Part shown: positions 23,990 through 33,006 of the stretch, in pieces | Layout of the letters: each line of letters begins with the position of its first letter | How positions within the stretch are numbered: position 1 is the first letter of the stretch | Sequence record: MK250027.1 | Length of the DNA: 64,000 bases | Direction: 5' to 3' (one strand) | Translations under genes and position numbers: made by a program | The notes under the pieces: generated by a model | The model's database searches: none | Told to the model about the DNA's origin: nothing | What the model saw: the letters and a program-made list of their open reading frames with translations, nothing else

Positions 23990-26044
23990 ATGAATAAGAT
24001 TATTTTTTCTATGCTCATTATGGTAATGAGTATTGCTAACATGTATGCAGAAAATGTTTCTGATACAGTGAAGTTGAAAGAGGTAACTGTTACTTCTCTT
24101 TTCCGTAATAATGTGCAGACAGGTAGTATGATTAATACATCTACACTTAAGTCTTTGAATCATGGTCAGGGAACAGATTATGTATTGCAAAGACTTCCTA
24201 ATATTTATGCGTATAATGATAATGGAACACAAATGGGATACTGTTATTTCCGTATGCGTGGCATGGGTCAGGAACGTATGAATGTTACATTGGATGGAAT
24301 GCCTTGGAACGAAGCAGAAGATTTTGGATGTTATTTTAGTAATTCTCCAGATCTTATGTCTTCTATGCATACTATTAAGGTAGAGAAAGGTGCATCTGTA
24401 ACTAATAATGGAACAGCTGCTTATGCAGGAAATGTTTCTCTTGAATCTGTAGATTTGAAGAAAGATACCGATTCTTATTTTGACCTTGGATATGGTTCAT
24501 TTAATTCATCTCGAATTACAGGTGTTTATAATATGGGACAGAAAGGACATTGGGGATTACATGTTCGTGGCACTGCACAGCAAACTGATGGTTATAAGGA
24601 GAATACTTACAATAATTCGAAGGCAATTACTATTAAGACAGGATATTTCTTTAATGAACGACATTCATTGGATTTCTTGACAATGACTGGTTATCATAGG
24701 AATGGACAGGGATTTCAGGGAATTACTGAAGATTTAATTCCGAAGCATCCGACACCATTTAAGCAGATGATTTCAGGTAATCGTCAACAGGAAACAGATG
24801 ATTTCTTAACAACTTATAATAGGTTTCAATATAAGGGAGTTCTTTCAGACAAAGTATTTCTAACATCATCTGTGTATTGGCAACATCAGACAGGTAATTA
24901 CCGTATTGGTTGGGATGATGAGACACGACCAACAGGAAGTGTATTGAATAACTATCATCTTAATTATAATTTGACCGGATTTAACACTATTGTAAAGTAT
25001 TATCCTATTGATAATCTTTCTCTTACATCTGGTGTAAATGCTTATGTATATCATCGTAGACATCAGGGATATGATATTGCAAATTCTGATAGTATTATCA
25101 CGGCATGGAAAAATCCAGGACTTACACCATATTATGATAACTCAGGAACAAAACCAGATGTGAATGTATTTGCAAATGTAAAGTATGCACCAGTAAATAA
25201 GTTCACTATTGATGCTGCTGTTCAATATCGTTATACGTCATTGCATTATCGTGTAAATACACCAATGGATGAATATGATACAAAGTTTAATCATGATTGG
25301 AATTTTGTAAATTACAGTATTGGACTTAATTATGATATTGATAAGTATTCAAAGGTATATGCACGTTATGCTGTAACAAACCGTGAACCATCCAGAACTG
25401 ATTTATTCTGTGCAGAGTATCGTTCAAATGAATCGGAGATGAATACAAAGAATGAGAGAGTTCATGATATTGAAGCAGGTTATGAGATCCGTAACAATAA
25501 GGTTAATTTCAATATTAATGGTTTTTATATGAATTTCAGTAATGAACTTGTTGCAACCGGTGAACTTTCAAAGATGAATGGTCTTCCATTGCATAAGCAA
25601 CATGATGCATACCGTCTTGGATTGGAACTTGCCCTTGATTATAATCCTATTAATACATTGCATTTCATTGCAAATGCGGCATGGTCAGAGAATAAATTAA
25701 AGAATATTGAGGGTAAGGAAATGAATCATACATTCTCACCTTCATCTACATTGTTTGCTGAAGCTAATTATACGGTTAATAAAATTAAGTTTGGTTTGAA
25801 TACAAATTTCCGTTCATCAATGTATATGGATATTTATAATAAGAATAAACTTAAGGAGAATCTTATTTTGAATGCTTATGTAAATGTACGAGTATCAAAG
25901 ATTGTAGAGTTGAACCTTGTATTGAATAACATTACAAATAAACTTAACTTCTCTAATGGCTCTGTAGATATTCCAACCAATACGGCATATTATTTGGTTG
26001 ATGCACCATTTAATATGTTTGCATCTGCAAAGTTTCATTTTTAA
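23990..26044 (+). CDS. TonB-dependent outer-membrane receptor (684 aa), resembling the Bacteroidetes thiamine-type TBDR family
   Basis: Signal peptide; LKEVTVT box; plug motif RMRGMGQERMNVTLDGMPWNEAE; alternating beta strands; C-terminal Phe. Confidence 0.9.
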   Translation: MNKIIFSMLIMVMSIANMYAENVSDTVKLKEVTVTSLFRNNVQTGSMINTSTLKSLNHGQGTDYVLQRLPNIYAYNDNGTQMGYCYFRMRGMGQERMNVTLDGMPWNEAEDFGCYFSNSPDLMSSMHTIKVEKGASVTNNGTAAYAGNVSLESVDLKKDTDSYFDLGYGSFNSSRITGVYNMGQKGHWGLHVRGTAQQTDGYKENTYNNSKAITIKTGYFFNERHSLDFLTMTGYHRNGQGFQGITEDLIPKHPTPFKQMISGNRQQETDDFLTTYNRFQYKGVLSDKVFLTSSVYWQHQTGNYRIGWDDETRPTGSVLNNYHLNYNLTGFNTIVKYYPIDNLSLTSGVNAYVYHRRHQGYDIANSDSIITAWKNPGLTPYYDNSGTKPDVNVFANVKYAPVNKFTIDAAVQYRYTSLHYRVNTPMDEYDTKFNHDWNFVNYSIGLNYDIDKYSKVYARYAVTNREPSRTDLFCAEYRSNESEMNTKNERVHDIEAGYEIRNNKVNFNINGFYMNFSNELVATGELSKMNGLPLHKQHDAYRLGLELALDYNPINTLHFIANAAWSENKLKNIEGKEMNHTFSPSSTLFAEANYTVNKIKFGLNTNFRSSMYMDIYNKNKLKENLILNAYVNVRVSKIVELNLVLNNITNKLNFSNGSVDIPTNTAYYLVDAPFNMFASAKFHF

Positions 26045-26087
26045 TAAATAAGGTGTCTTTTATACATATTTTTTTAATTAATTTAAT

Positions 26088-26120
26088 AAGGAGAATTAAC
26101 ACGGTAGTTAATTCTCCTTT
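26088..26120. terminator. bidirectional terminator
   Basis: AAGGAGAATTAAC / GTTAATTCTCCTT. Confidence 0.8.
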
Positions 26121-26125
26121 ATTTT

Positions 26126-26491
26126 TTATTCATATGTAATATAATAATCTTTATTAGTTCTAACTTTTAATTTCTTTGCATTAGAAGATGAAATAAAAAT
26201 AGTAATATCTTCATCTTTTAATTCATTAAAATCCTTATTAGAATTGATTGTAAGTTTACCATCATTCACATTATATGTAATGTTAGTAAATTTTGATTTA
26301 GTTCTAACAGAAACACAATCAGTAATATCATTGTAAATTCTAACTTTTGCGGGAACATTTACATAAACGATATTAATAGAGTCTGTTAATAATGTTGGAT
26401 TAACTAATGAATTCTCATTAATGTTAATTTTACCAAAGCATACAGTGATGCTGAATATTCCTATAAGGAATAAAATAAATAATTTTTTCAT
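26126..26491 (-). CDS. secreted beta-rich protein (121 aa)
   Basis: Signal peptide MKKLFILFLIGIFSITVCFG. Confidence 0.7.
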   Translation of the reverse strand: MKKLFILFLIGIFSITVCFGKININENSLVNPTLLTDSINIVYVNVPAKVRIYNDITDCVSVRTKSKFTNITYNVNDGKLTINSNKDFNELKDEDITIFISSSNAKKLKVRTNKDYYITYE

Positions 26492-26590
26492 AACGTAATT
26501 TATTTAATTTTAAAATTTATTTTTAACTTTCTTTAACTATCATTTTATTTATCTGAATAATTCATATTTTTAATGTAAGAAAAAGTTTAT

Positions 26591-26598
26591 TATAAATA
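26591..26598 (+). promoter_or_regulatory. T4-like late promoter TATAAATA (candidate)
   Basis: Exact T4 late consensus upstream of a TAG-rich gene; also at 37377, 48320, 51395 (+) and 42777, 43315, 51328, 57024 (-). Confidence 0.5.
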
Positions 26599-26630
26599 AT
26601 GAAATGAAAAATTGAAAATTAATTTGTTAA

Positions 26631-27890
26631 ATGAGTAAATTAAATGAATAGAATATAAATGAGTTTTTATGGACATGTGCAGGAGTTAATAAAGATGTAT
26701 TAAGATTATACCCGAGTGAATATGCTAAATATGCTGGTAGTGGCGGAACTATTTTATTCACTGCATTAATGGCTATGATTTCTGGTGGATATGCGATGTT
26801 TTTTGTATTCAGTAATGTTATTGTTGCTTTTATATTTGCTATATTTTGGGGATTGCTTATATTTAACCTTGATAGATTTATTGTTAATTCCATGTATACA
26901 GATGGTAAAGATTCAATAAGTTGGAGAAAATTAAAAGCAGCACTTCCTAGAATTATAATGGCAATATTTTTAGGTATAGTTATATCGACGCCTCTTGAGA
27001 TGAAGATATTTAATGATAGAATAGAATCATAGTTATTGAAAGATAATATAGAGAGAATAAATTCAGCAAAGAATGAATCATCTGATTATAAAACAATTTC
27101 ATTATTACAAACTGAATAGAGTTAGTTATCAAAAGAAAGAAAACAACTGGTAGACGATTTACAAAAAGCATAGAAAGATTTAAAGGAAGAAGCAGAGGGA
27201 AATGCATTATCTGGTATGGTTGGGCATGGATCTATATATAGAGACAAAGAGATTTATGTTAACCAATGTAAATAGTCATTATCTGAATGGGATAAACTTC
27301 ATAAAGAAAGATTAACAACTATATAGAAAAGAATAGATGACGTTAATCAACATATCAATAAGTTTGAAGATAAAGTTGATAATTTAAAAGAAGATGGATT
27401 TAGCGCACGTTATGAAGCGTTTTCAAATTTAAGAAAATAGAATTCATCATTGGAAATTGTTTCATTAATGATAACAATGTTGTTTATAATAATAGAGATA
27501 ACCCCAACATTTTTTAAACTTATTATGATAGCAGGACCTTATGATGAACATATGAGAATTGAACAATATAAGATTTCTGCATATGTATAGAAAGAAAAGA
27601 ATAATGTAGATACAGATTTAAAAATAGATGAATATAATAATAAACAAAAATTAAAATCTATTATAAAAGAAGATATTGATATAATTGAATTGAAAGATGA
27701 ACAAAAACCTATTACATATTCATCTATTAAACCATTAACAATAGATGAAGAACCTGAAATTGTACCTTATTAGGTAAAGTCAAATACAAAAATAGAAACT
27801 AAAACTATTACACCGAATAAAGAACTTGAATTTAAGAGGAATTCAAAGGGATAGTTATTACTAGATTTTTCATCAAGACATAAAAGTTAA
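26631..27890 (+). CDS. TAG-recoded DUF4407-like membrane/coiled-coil protein (419 aa, 11 TAG)
   Basis: FLWTCAG...KYAGSGGTILFTALMA, FNLDRFIV, PRIIMAIFLGIVISTPLEM, EITPTFFKL...GPYD; continuous only with TAG readthrough. Confidence 0.85.
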
Positions 27891-27898
27891 AAATATTT

Positions 27899-27940
27899 AA
27901 AATGAACATTAGGTGATATAAAACTTAATGTTCATTTTTT
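27899..27940 (+). terminator. intrinsic terminator
   Basis: AAAATGAACATTA / TAATGTTCATTTT plus T run. Confidence 0.7.
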
Positions 27941-27957
27941 TATATAAAGAAATATGT

Positions 27958-27966
27958 GTATCTTTG
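27958..27966 (+). promoter_or_regulatory. GTATCTTTG promoter element
   Basis: TAnnTTTG match; implies the real start of the next gene is ATG 27995. Confidence 0.7.
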
Positions 27967-27994
27967 TAATATAATAATTAAAACATTAAATAAT

Positions 27995-29002
27995 ATGGAA
28001 GAGAAACTTATTTTGAAAATGTGTAAGCCTGCAACAAAGCTTAATAAATATGTCATTACAGTTAAAGGTAAGTATAATGATATGTTACCTTATGAAACAA
28101 AAATGGTAACAGTAGATGCTGATATGATGAATGATTTTGTATTGTTGTTCTTATCATATATGGGTAATAGAAATTGGAAGCATACATGGAAGGATTGTAA
28201 GTTTGGAGAAGATTTCAAACATGGTCCATTGCAGACATATCTTGGAGCATTTACAGATGATTGTCATTATCCTTGTATTGATATTAATTGGAATGATGTT
28301 ATTTCTGTAAAACTTTCATATATTGATGAAAATTCCACTTATTATGAGTGTACACTTCCTGATGTGGAAGAGTTGTATGAAACCGAGGAATATTTCTTGA
28401 AAGAACTTAAAGAAAAGTTTAATGTATTCAATAAGAATGATAAGAGAGACGATTTGGATGATGGTACAGAACTAGTAGATTCATATGAGTTGGAACTTGT
28501 TCGTAACATTCTTCGTTCGACTGGTAAGTGGGATGATAGAGATATTGATAATTTGTTCTTTATCAATAACGATATTGGGTTTACTTCAATATGTGCAAGA
28601 GATTCTTATTATGATGATTTATTGAAGGTCATTAAACAGGAATATGCAAAGAGTGCAACCGGTGTTGAATATGGTGGATTTAAACCAGAAACTTTTGAAA
28701 AAGTTCATAATGCTATTATGAAGTCTGATCTTCCAGATGAAACAAAATCTTTTGCTATCGACATTTGTGGTAAGTACAATAAGAATAATATTTTATCTGA
28801 AAATCAGAAGAAAGAATTAAAAAAGATTATTGAGTCTTTTAATATTCTTAATGGTACTTATGATTGTGTTGGACCTAATGGTTGGAGTGGTATTTACATT
28901 CAGCATGTTATTGATCCAGAACAGATTGATTTTGATGATTTTGATGAGAATGAAGTCATTAAATATGAAGGTGAAACTTATATTATTCATGAAGGAGATT
29001 AA
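27995..29002 (+). CDS. hypothetical protein (335 aa)
   Basis: Track ORF 27956 trimmed to MEEKLIL downstream of the promoter. Confidence 0.8.
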   Translation: MEEKLILKMCKPATKLNKYVITVKGKYNDMLPYETKMVTVDADMMNDFVLLFLSYMGNRNWKHTWKDCKFGEDFKHGPLQTYLGAFTDDCHYPCIDINWNDVISVKLSYIDENSTYYECTLPDVEELYETEEYFLKELKEKFNVFNKNDKRDDLDDGTELVDSYELELVRNILRSTGKWDDRDIDNLFFINNDIGFTSICARDSYYDDLLKVIKQEYAKSATGVEYGGFKPETFEKVHNAIMKSDLPDETKSFAIDICGKYNKNNILSENQKKELKKIIESFNILNGTYDCVGPNGWSGIYIQHVIDPEQIDFDDFDENEVIKYEGETYIIHEGD

Positions 29003-29005
29003 TAT

Positions 29006-29416
29006 ATGATTTTAACAGAAATAATATCAATAATAGTCTTATTCTATGGAATTCTTATAGGATTCTTTAGCGGAGTTCTTGGTGAAAAAGGAGATAGTGA
29101 AGAATATACATATAAGTTAGGACCTATAGATGATTTATCACCATTATTTAAATGGGGAAATCGTTTTATAATTCCATGTGTATTATTTGCTTCACCAATA
29201 GGTTTTCTTGGAATTCCTTTATTGTATTTAGGCTTATGTATAATTTTCGCATGTTTTGGAATTGATATTTATATATTAAGTGATAATACATTGAATATTA
29301 TAGGACCTTATATATTACTATATTTTATATCATTGATGATAGGATATAGTATAGGATGTTTTGTGACTAAAAAAGTAATATCTAATTTAATAAAGAAATA
29401 TAATCATGAAAAATAA
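29006..29416 (+). CDS. hypothetical multi-TM membrane protein (136 aa)
   Basis: Several hydrophobic segments. Confidence 0.7.
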   Translation: MILTEIISIIVLFYGILIGFFSGVLGEKGDSEEYTYKLGPIDDLSPLFKWGNRFIIPCVLFASPIGFLGIPLLYLGLCIIFACFGIDIYILSDNTLNIIGPYILLYFISLMIGYSIGCFVTKKVISNLIKKYNHEK

Positions 29417-29918
29417 TAAGTTTTATATTATTTTAGGATATAATGCACTTGATGAATCATATTGTGGTTATGTAGAGAATTCATTCTCTATGGGATGTGA
29501 TGATGAGAGAGTACAGTTGTATTCTGTAAGTAAAGGAGATTTTCCGTGGAAGAATCGAGATTTTCCGGAGAGAAAGAAAATAGCAAAGAAATATCTAAAA
29601 GAAAATGGTGGTAGAAAAGCTTCTTTTGCACATGATTATATTCCTGATGCTTATATGAATCCAAATTCTCCAAACCAATGGATTTGGTTTTATTTGCGTG
29701 ATATTGCAGACAATTTGAATAAGAAACATTATAATAATTGTTATTGGCAAGTATTTCGTGTTAACAGTAAACATTGTCCTGTTAATATAGATATGAAAGA
29801 ATATTATAAGATTCTTCATAATAAGAAATATAGAATGACATTAACTAAATATGAAATAAGAAATATTAAATTTACAGTACAAGATCCTTTATTATTAGAC
29901 TTTATACGTAATATTTAA
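29406..29918 (+). CDS. hypothetical protein (170 aa)
   Basis: ORF track. Confidence 0.75.
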   Translation: MKNNKFYIILGYNALDESYCGYVENSFSMGCDDERVQLYSVSKGDFPWKNRDFPERKKIAKKYLKENGGRKASFAHDYIPDAYMNPNSPNQWIWFYLRDIADNLNKKHYNNCYWQVFRVNSKHCPVNIDMKEYYKILHNKKYRMTLTKYEIRNIKFTVQDPLLLDFIRNI

Positions 29919-29930
29919 TATAAAAAATAT

Positions 29931-30209
29931 ACAGTATATAATTTTGTTATCTAAGTACATGATAATAAAATAGTGCATATCTAGTAAGACTATATGTATT
30001 TCAGTAATGGTACTGAAAGTGTTAATCGTTACTCACGAAACAATATAAGAGTTATATGTTATATAGTAAAGACTAATATTGCAAAAGGTTAATACGCATA
30101 TATAACATATATACCATTTGAGATTATGGTGAATAATTGCAATTAGAATGTAACCATAATAATATGGCGGACCAATATAACATTCTGGGTTCGATCCCCT
30201 ATATACTGT
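29931..30209 (+). ncRNA. ~280-nt structured element ending in a tRNA T-arm-like motif
   Basis: ACAGTATATA (29931) / TATATACTGT (30200) terminal stem; GGGTTCGATCCC at 30187-30198; several internal hairpins. Confidence 0.45.
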
Positions 30210-30262
30210 CTAAATAAAAATTAAAAAGATTCATAATTATTTTTTTAATTAAAAAAGAATGT

Positions 30263-30271
30263 GTATCTTTG
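30263..30271 (+). promoter_or_regulatory. GTATCTTTG promoter upstream of a non-coding structured region
   Basis: TAnnTTTG match with no ORF downstream. Confidence 0.65.
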
Positions 30272-30285
30272 TATTGTAAGAAATA

Positions 30286-30411
30286 AAAATAGTGATACAA
30301 CCTATAAGCCATAGGTAACATGAGTTCGGTAACCTCATGGTTCGTAAGTCGTGATAACGAATAGTCTCGGTAATAGTTGAAAAACCTTCATCGGTTATGT
30401 ATCATTATTTA
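30286..30411 (+). ncRNA. multibranch structured ncRNA candidate
   Basis: AAAATAGTGATACA / TGTATCATTATTTT closing stem; hairpins ACCTAT/ATAGGT, CATGAG/CTCATG, TTCGT/ACGAA. Confidence 0.55.
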
Positions 30412-30615
30412 ACATTCATATGAGAATTAACGAAATGTCTCATATGAGCATGAGGAGTATTCCAACGGAACCGGTGTGTTTGGATTTTTAGTTGTGCATT
30501 TTTTTAATCTGACTATATTGTTGAGAAACAATGAAAAAGAAGATACGTCGTCAGTACAAGTCCATATAATAATTTCGAAATAAAAATGGAAACTGTTAAA
30601 AATCGTATCTATTTT

Positions 30616-30713
30616 GGTTATGTTACATAATGGTTAATGAGGTATCTAATTGATATTTTAATATCAATGGAAGAAAGGTATTGCGGTGACGGGTTCGAGT
30701 CCCTCCATAACCA
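30616..30713 (+). tRNA. tRNA-like gene with a hairpin insertion in the anticodon loop (anticodon not assignable)
   Basis: GGTTATG/CATAACC acceptor stem; CAT-AATGGTTA-ATG D arm; GGG-TTCGAGT-CCC T arm; 30-nt loop containing TTGATATT/AATATCAA. Confidence 0.55.
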
Positions 30714-30934
30714 CTCCTTATAATAATGAAAAGGATGCAATTATCTAACATAGATATTATTATAGTATAAGAAATTATGATAATTCTTAAAATGATAATC
30801 AAGAGATTGAAGTAACTAATTAATGTATAGTTACTAAGGCGAAAGTATAACTGCAATTATATTAGTAGTTGGCGTTTAAAAGATTGAAGAAAATTATTTG
30901 CAGATAATTTTTGGATTGATATTAAATGTAAAAA

Positions 30935-31026
30935 TTATAATAGTGTAGCGGGAATGCACGTTCGATGATAAATCGGAAAGGGATTAACGGTATGACGTTA
31001 TTAAGGGTTCGACTCCCTCTTATAAA
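30935..31026 (+). tRNA. atypical class II tRNA-like element (long variable arm, non-canonical anticodon loop)
   Basis: TTATAA/TTATAA acceptor; GTGT/GCAC D stem; TTCGA-TGATAAA-TCGGA; TAACG/CGTTA variable hairpin; AGGG-TTCGACT-CCCT T arm. Confidence 0.5.
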
Positions 31027-31033
31027 CAAATTT

Positions 31034-31188
31034 AAATACATATATTCTCACGAAGAGCGAGTAAGAGAAGGTGAGCAAATTATGTCTAATGTTATAAGTG
31101 ATCATAATAACAGCTAAAACATAACAGAATTATCTTAACGTAGGAGCTGTAAAAGGATGAACGTATGGTAACATCATTATATGTATTT
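31034..31188 (+). ncRNA. structured ncRNA candidate
   Basis: Perfect 11-bp closing stem AAATACATATA/TATATGTATTT; internal TTCTC/GAGAA and other hairpins. Confidence 0.45.
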
Positions 31189-31210
31189 TTATTGAATTTT
31201 TAATTGTTTG

Positions 31211-31292
31211 AAAATAACTTAATATATGTACTACATCAAACTAATGACATATAAAATCAAACCAAGATGATAAGACAGAATTAAGTTATTTT
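31211..31292 (+). ncRNA. small stem-closed RNA candidate
   Basis: Perfect 13-bp stem AAAATAACTTAAT/ATTAAGTTATTTT; internal ATATGT/ACATAT. Confidence 0.35.
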
Positions 31293-31365
31293 TAATTTGT
31301 TTTGTTTATTTTCTAAAAGTCTATAATGGTTTTCATTATAGACTTTTTTATTTAAAATAAAATGT

Positions 31366-31374
31366 GTATCTTTG
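31366..31374 (+). promoter_or_regulatory. GTATCTTTG promoter element
   Basis: TAnnTTTG match upstream of the nadR-pnuC operon. Confidence 0.7.
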
Positions 31375-31414
31375 AAATATAAATTATAAGTAAAATAAAG
31401 TTGAATTATTAATT

Positions 31415-31828
31415 ATGTATTATATAAATCATGAATTAGTTAATGTAGTAGAGATTAATCCTTTTGAAATTGAATCTGGAAACTTTCCAGATGAGATGAT
31501 AACTATAGATGAATTAATAGATAGAATAAAGAATAAGAAACCTATTAAACAAGGTATTAAAATTCATTTTAATATGTATGACATCATTTATGATGTAAAT
31601 TCACATATATTTATGCATGACACATTCATTCATATTCCTACTAATACAAAGATATTTGTAGAATATGATGAGAATTGGGGATGGGAACGTACATTTCTTC
31701 TTATTCCTAATTATTCAGAAAAAATATGGATAGGAGATAATAATGAAGATTGTTGGTGGGATGCTACTCACAATGAAGGTTCTTATTCTTTTGAGATGAA
31801 ATCTTTTATTGAAATAGAAATAGATTAA
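31415..31828 (+). CDS. hypothetical protein (137 aa)
   Basis: ORF track. Confidence 0.75.
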   Translation: MYYINHELVNVVEINPFEIESGNFPDEMITIDELIDRIKNKKPIKQGIKIHFNMYDIIYDVNSHIFMHDTFIHIPTNTKIFVEYDENWGWERTFLLIPNYSEKIWIGDNNEDCWWDATHNEGSYSFEMKSFIEIEID

Positions 31829-31848
31829 TATATTTAAATTTAATAAAA

Positions 31849-33006
31849 ATGAGTAAGAATATAGGAATTTGTTTTGGCGGATATTGTCCAATGCATCAAG
31901 GTCATCTTGATGTTATTATGCGAGCAAAGAAAGAATCAGATATTGTTTATGTTGTTGTATGTGGATATACAGATGAACCACGTGCGAATGAAATAGGTTT
32001 GAATATAAAGCAACGAGAACGACTTATTAGAGAATATTTTAAAGGCGATGAGATTATAAAAGTTGTTACTGTTAATGATACAGAATTAGGTATTGATGAA
32101 AGTATGTCTGAACATAATTGGAAAGTATGGACTGATTATGTGAAGAAACTTATTGTTAACAAAGTTTTAGACCATAAAGATAATTGGCCTTTTACAGTAG
32201 ACGATACTATTAACGCATTTGAGTTGAAACTTACTTTTTATGTTGGCGAGAAGTTTTATGTTAAATCATTAGAGAAATTAAATTATAATGTTGTATTGGT
32301 AGGATATGACAGCAATTCACCTTCTAACAGAAGTAATGATATTTCTGCAACTCTTATACGTCAGAGACCACAACTTTACTGGAATAAGATTGTATCTACA
32401 TTCAAACCAAAACTAACAAAGAAGATTCTTGTATTAGGAACAGCATCAGAAGGCAAATCAACTCTTGTAAAAGATATTGGTAATTATTTTCAGGTTCCAT
32501 ATACTACTGAATTTGGTAGGGATTATATGGCGAAACATTGTATGTTAGATCCAGATATTACAGTAAACGATTTTGTTGAATTCCTTATAGGACAAAGACA
32601 ATATTATTTTGATGCACTTAACAGTGATAAGAATAAAGGTGTTATTATTTCTGATACTGATAATCTCGTTACTCTTATGTATGCGAAGGCATATACAATG
32701 GATAAGAACATGCAGATTACTGAAAAAGAATATAATGATATATTGTTACCACTTGCAAAATCATTGCAGACTAATGTAGATTGGGATGTAATTTATCTTA
32801 TCAAACCACATAATACATTTGTCGATGATGGAACACGTTATATGGAGCAAAGTTCTATTGAAGAACGTATAAAAAATTATCATATTCTTGTTAAATTATT
32901 GGAGGACTTTGATTTACTTCATAAGGTTATAGAACTAGATGGTACATATCTTGAGCATTTTGATTATGTAAAGAATTATATAAATACACTCTATGAAAAG
33001 TATTAA
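31849..33006 (+). CDS. nadR: NadR-like NMN adenylyltransferase / ribosylnicotinamide kinase (no HTH domain)
   Basis: GGYCPMHQGH (HxGH), ISATLIR, P-loop GTASEGKST, EFGR, DTDNLVT, FVDDGTR. Confidence 0.9.
   Translation: MSKNIGICFGGYCPMHQGHLDVIMRAKKESDIVYVVVCGYTDEPRANEIGLNIKQRERLIREYFKGDEIIKVVTVNDTELGIDESMSEHNWKVWTDYVKKLIVNKVLDHKDNWPFTVDDTINAFELKLTFYVGEKFYVKSLEKLNYNVVLVGYDSNSPSNRSNDISATLIRQRPQLYWNKIVSTFKPKLTKKILVLGTASEGKSTLVKDIGNYFQVPYTTEFGRDYMAKHCMLDPDITVNDFVEFLIGQRQYYFDALNSDKNKGVIISDTDNLVTLMYAKAYTMDKNMQITEKEYNDILLPLAKSLQTNVDWDVIYLIKPHNTFVDDGTRYMEQSSIEERIKNYHILVKLLEDFDLLHKVIELDGTYLEHFDYVKNYINTLYEKY

Noticed and set aside
23950-23990. TPP riboswitch upstream of the TBDR
   Set aside because: Too little space and no CTGAGA or ACCTGAT core.
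30393-30713. Possible tmRNA using GGTTATG at 30393 as the 5' end
   Set aside because: No tmRNA 5' signature or G3:U70 pair; GGTTATG at 30616 gives a better cloverleaf, and 30393 pairs within the preceding RNA.
31211-31292. Hammerhead ribozyme
   Set aside because: CTAATGA is not CTGATGA and no GAAA core is correctly placed.
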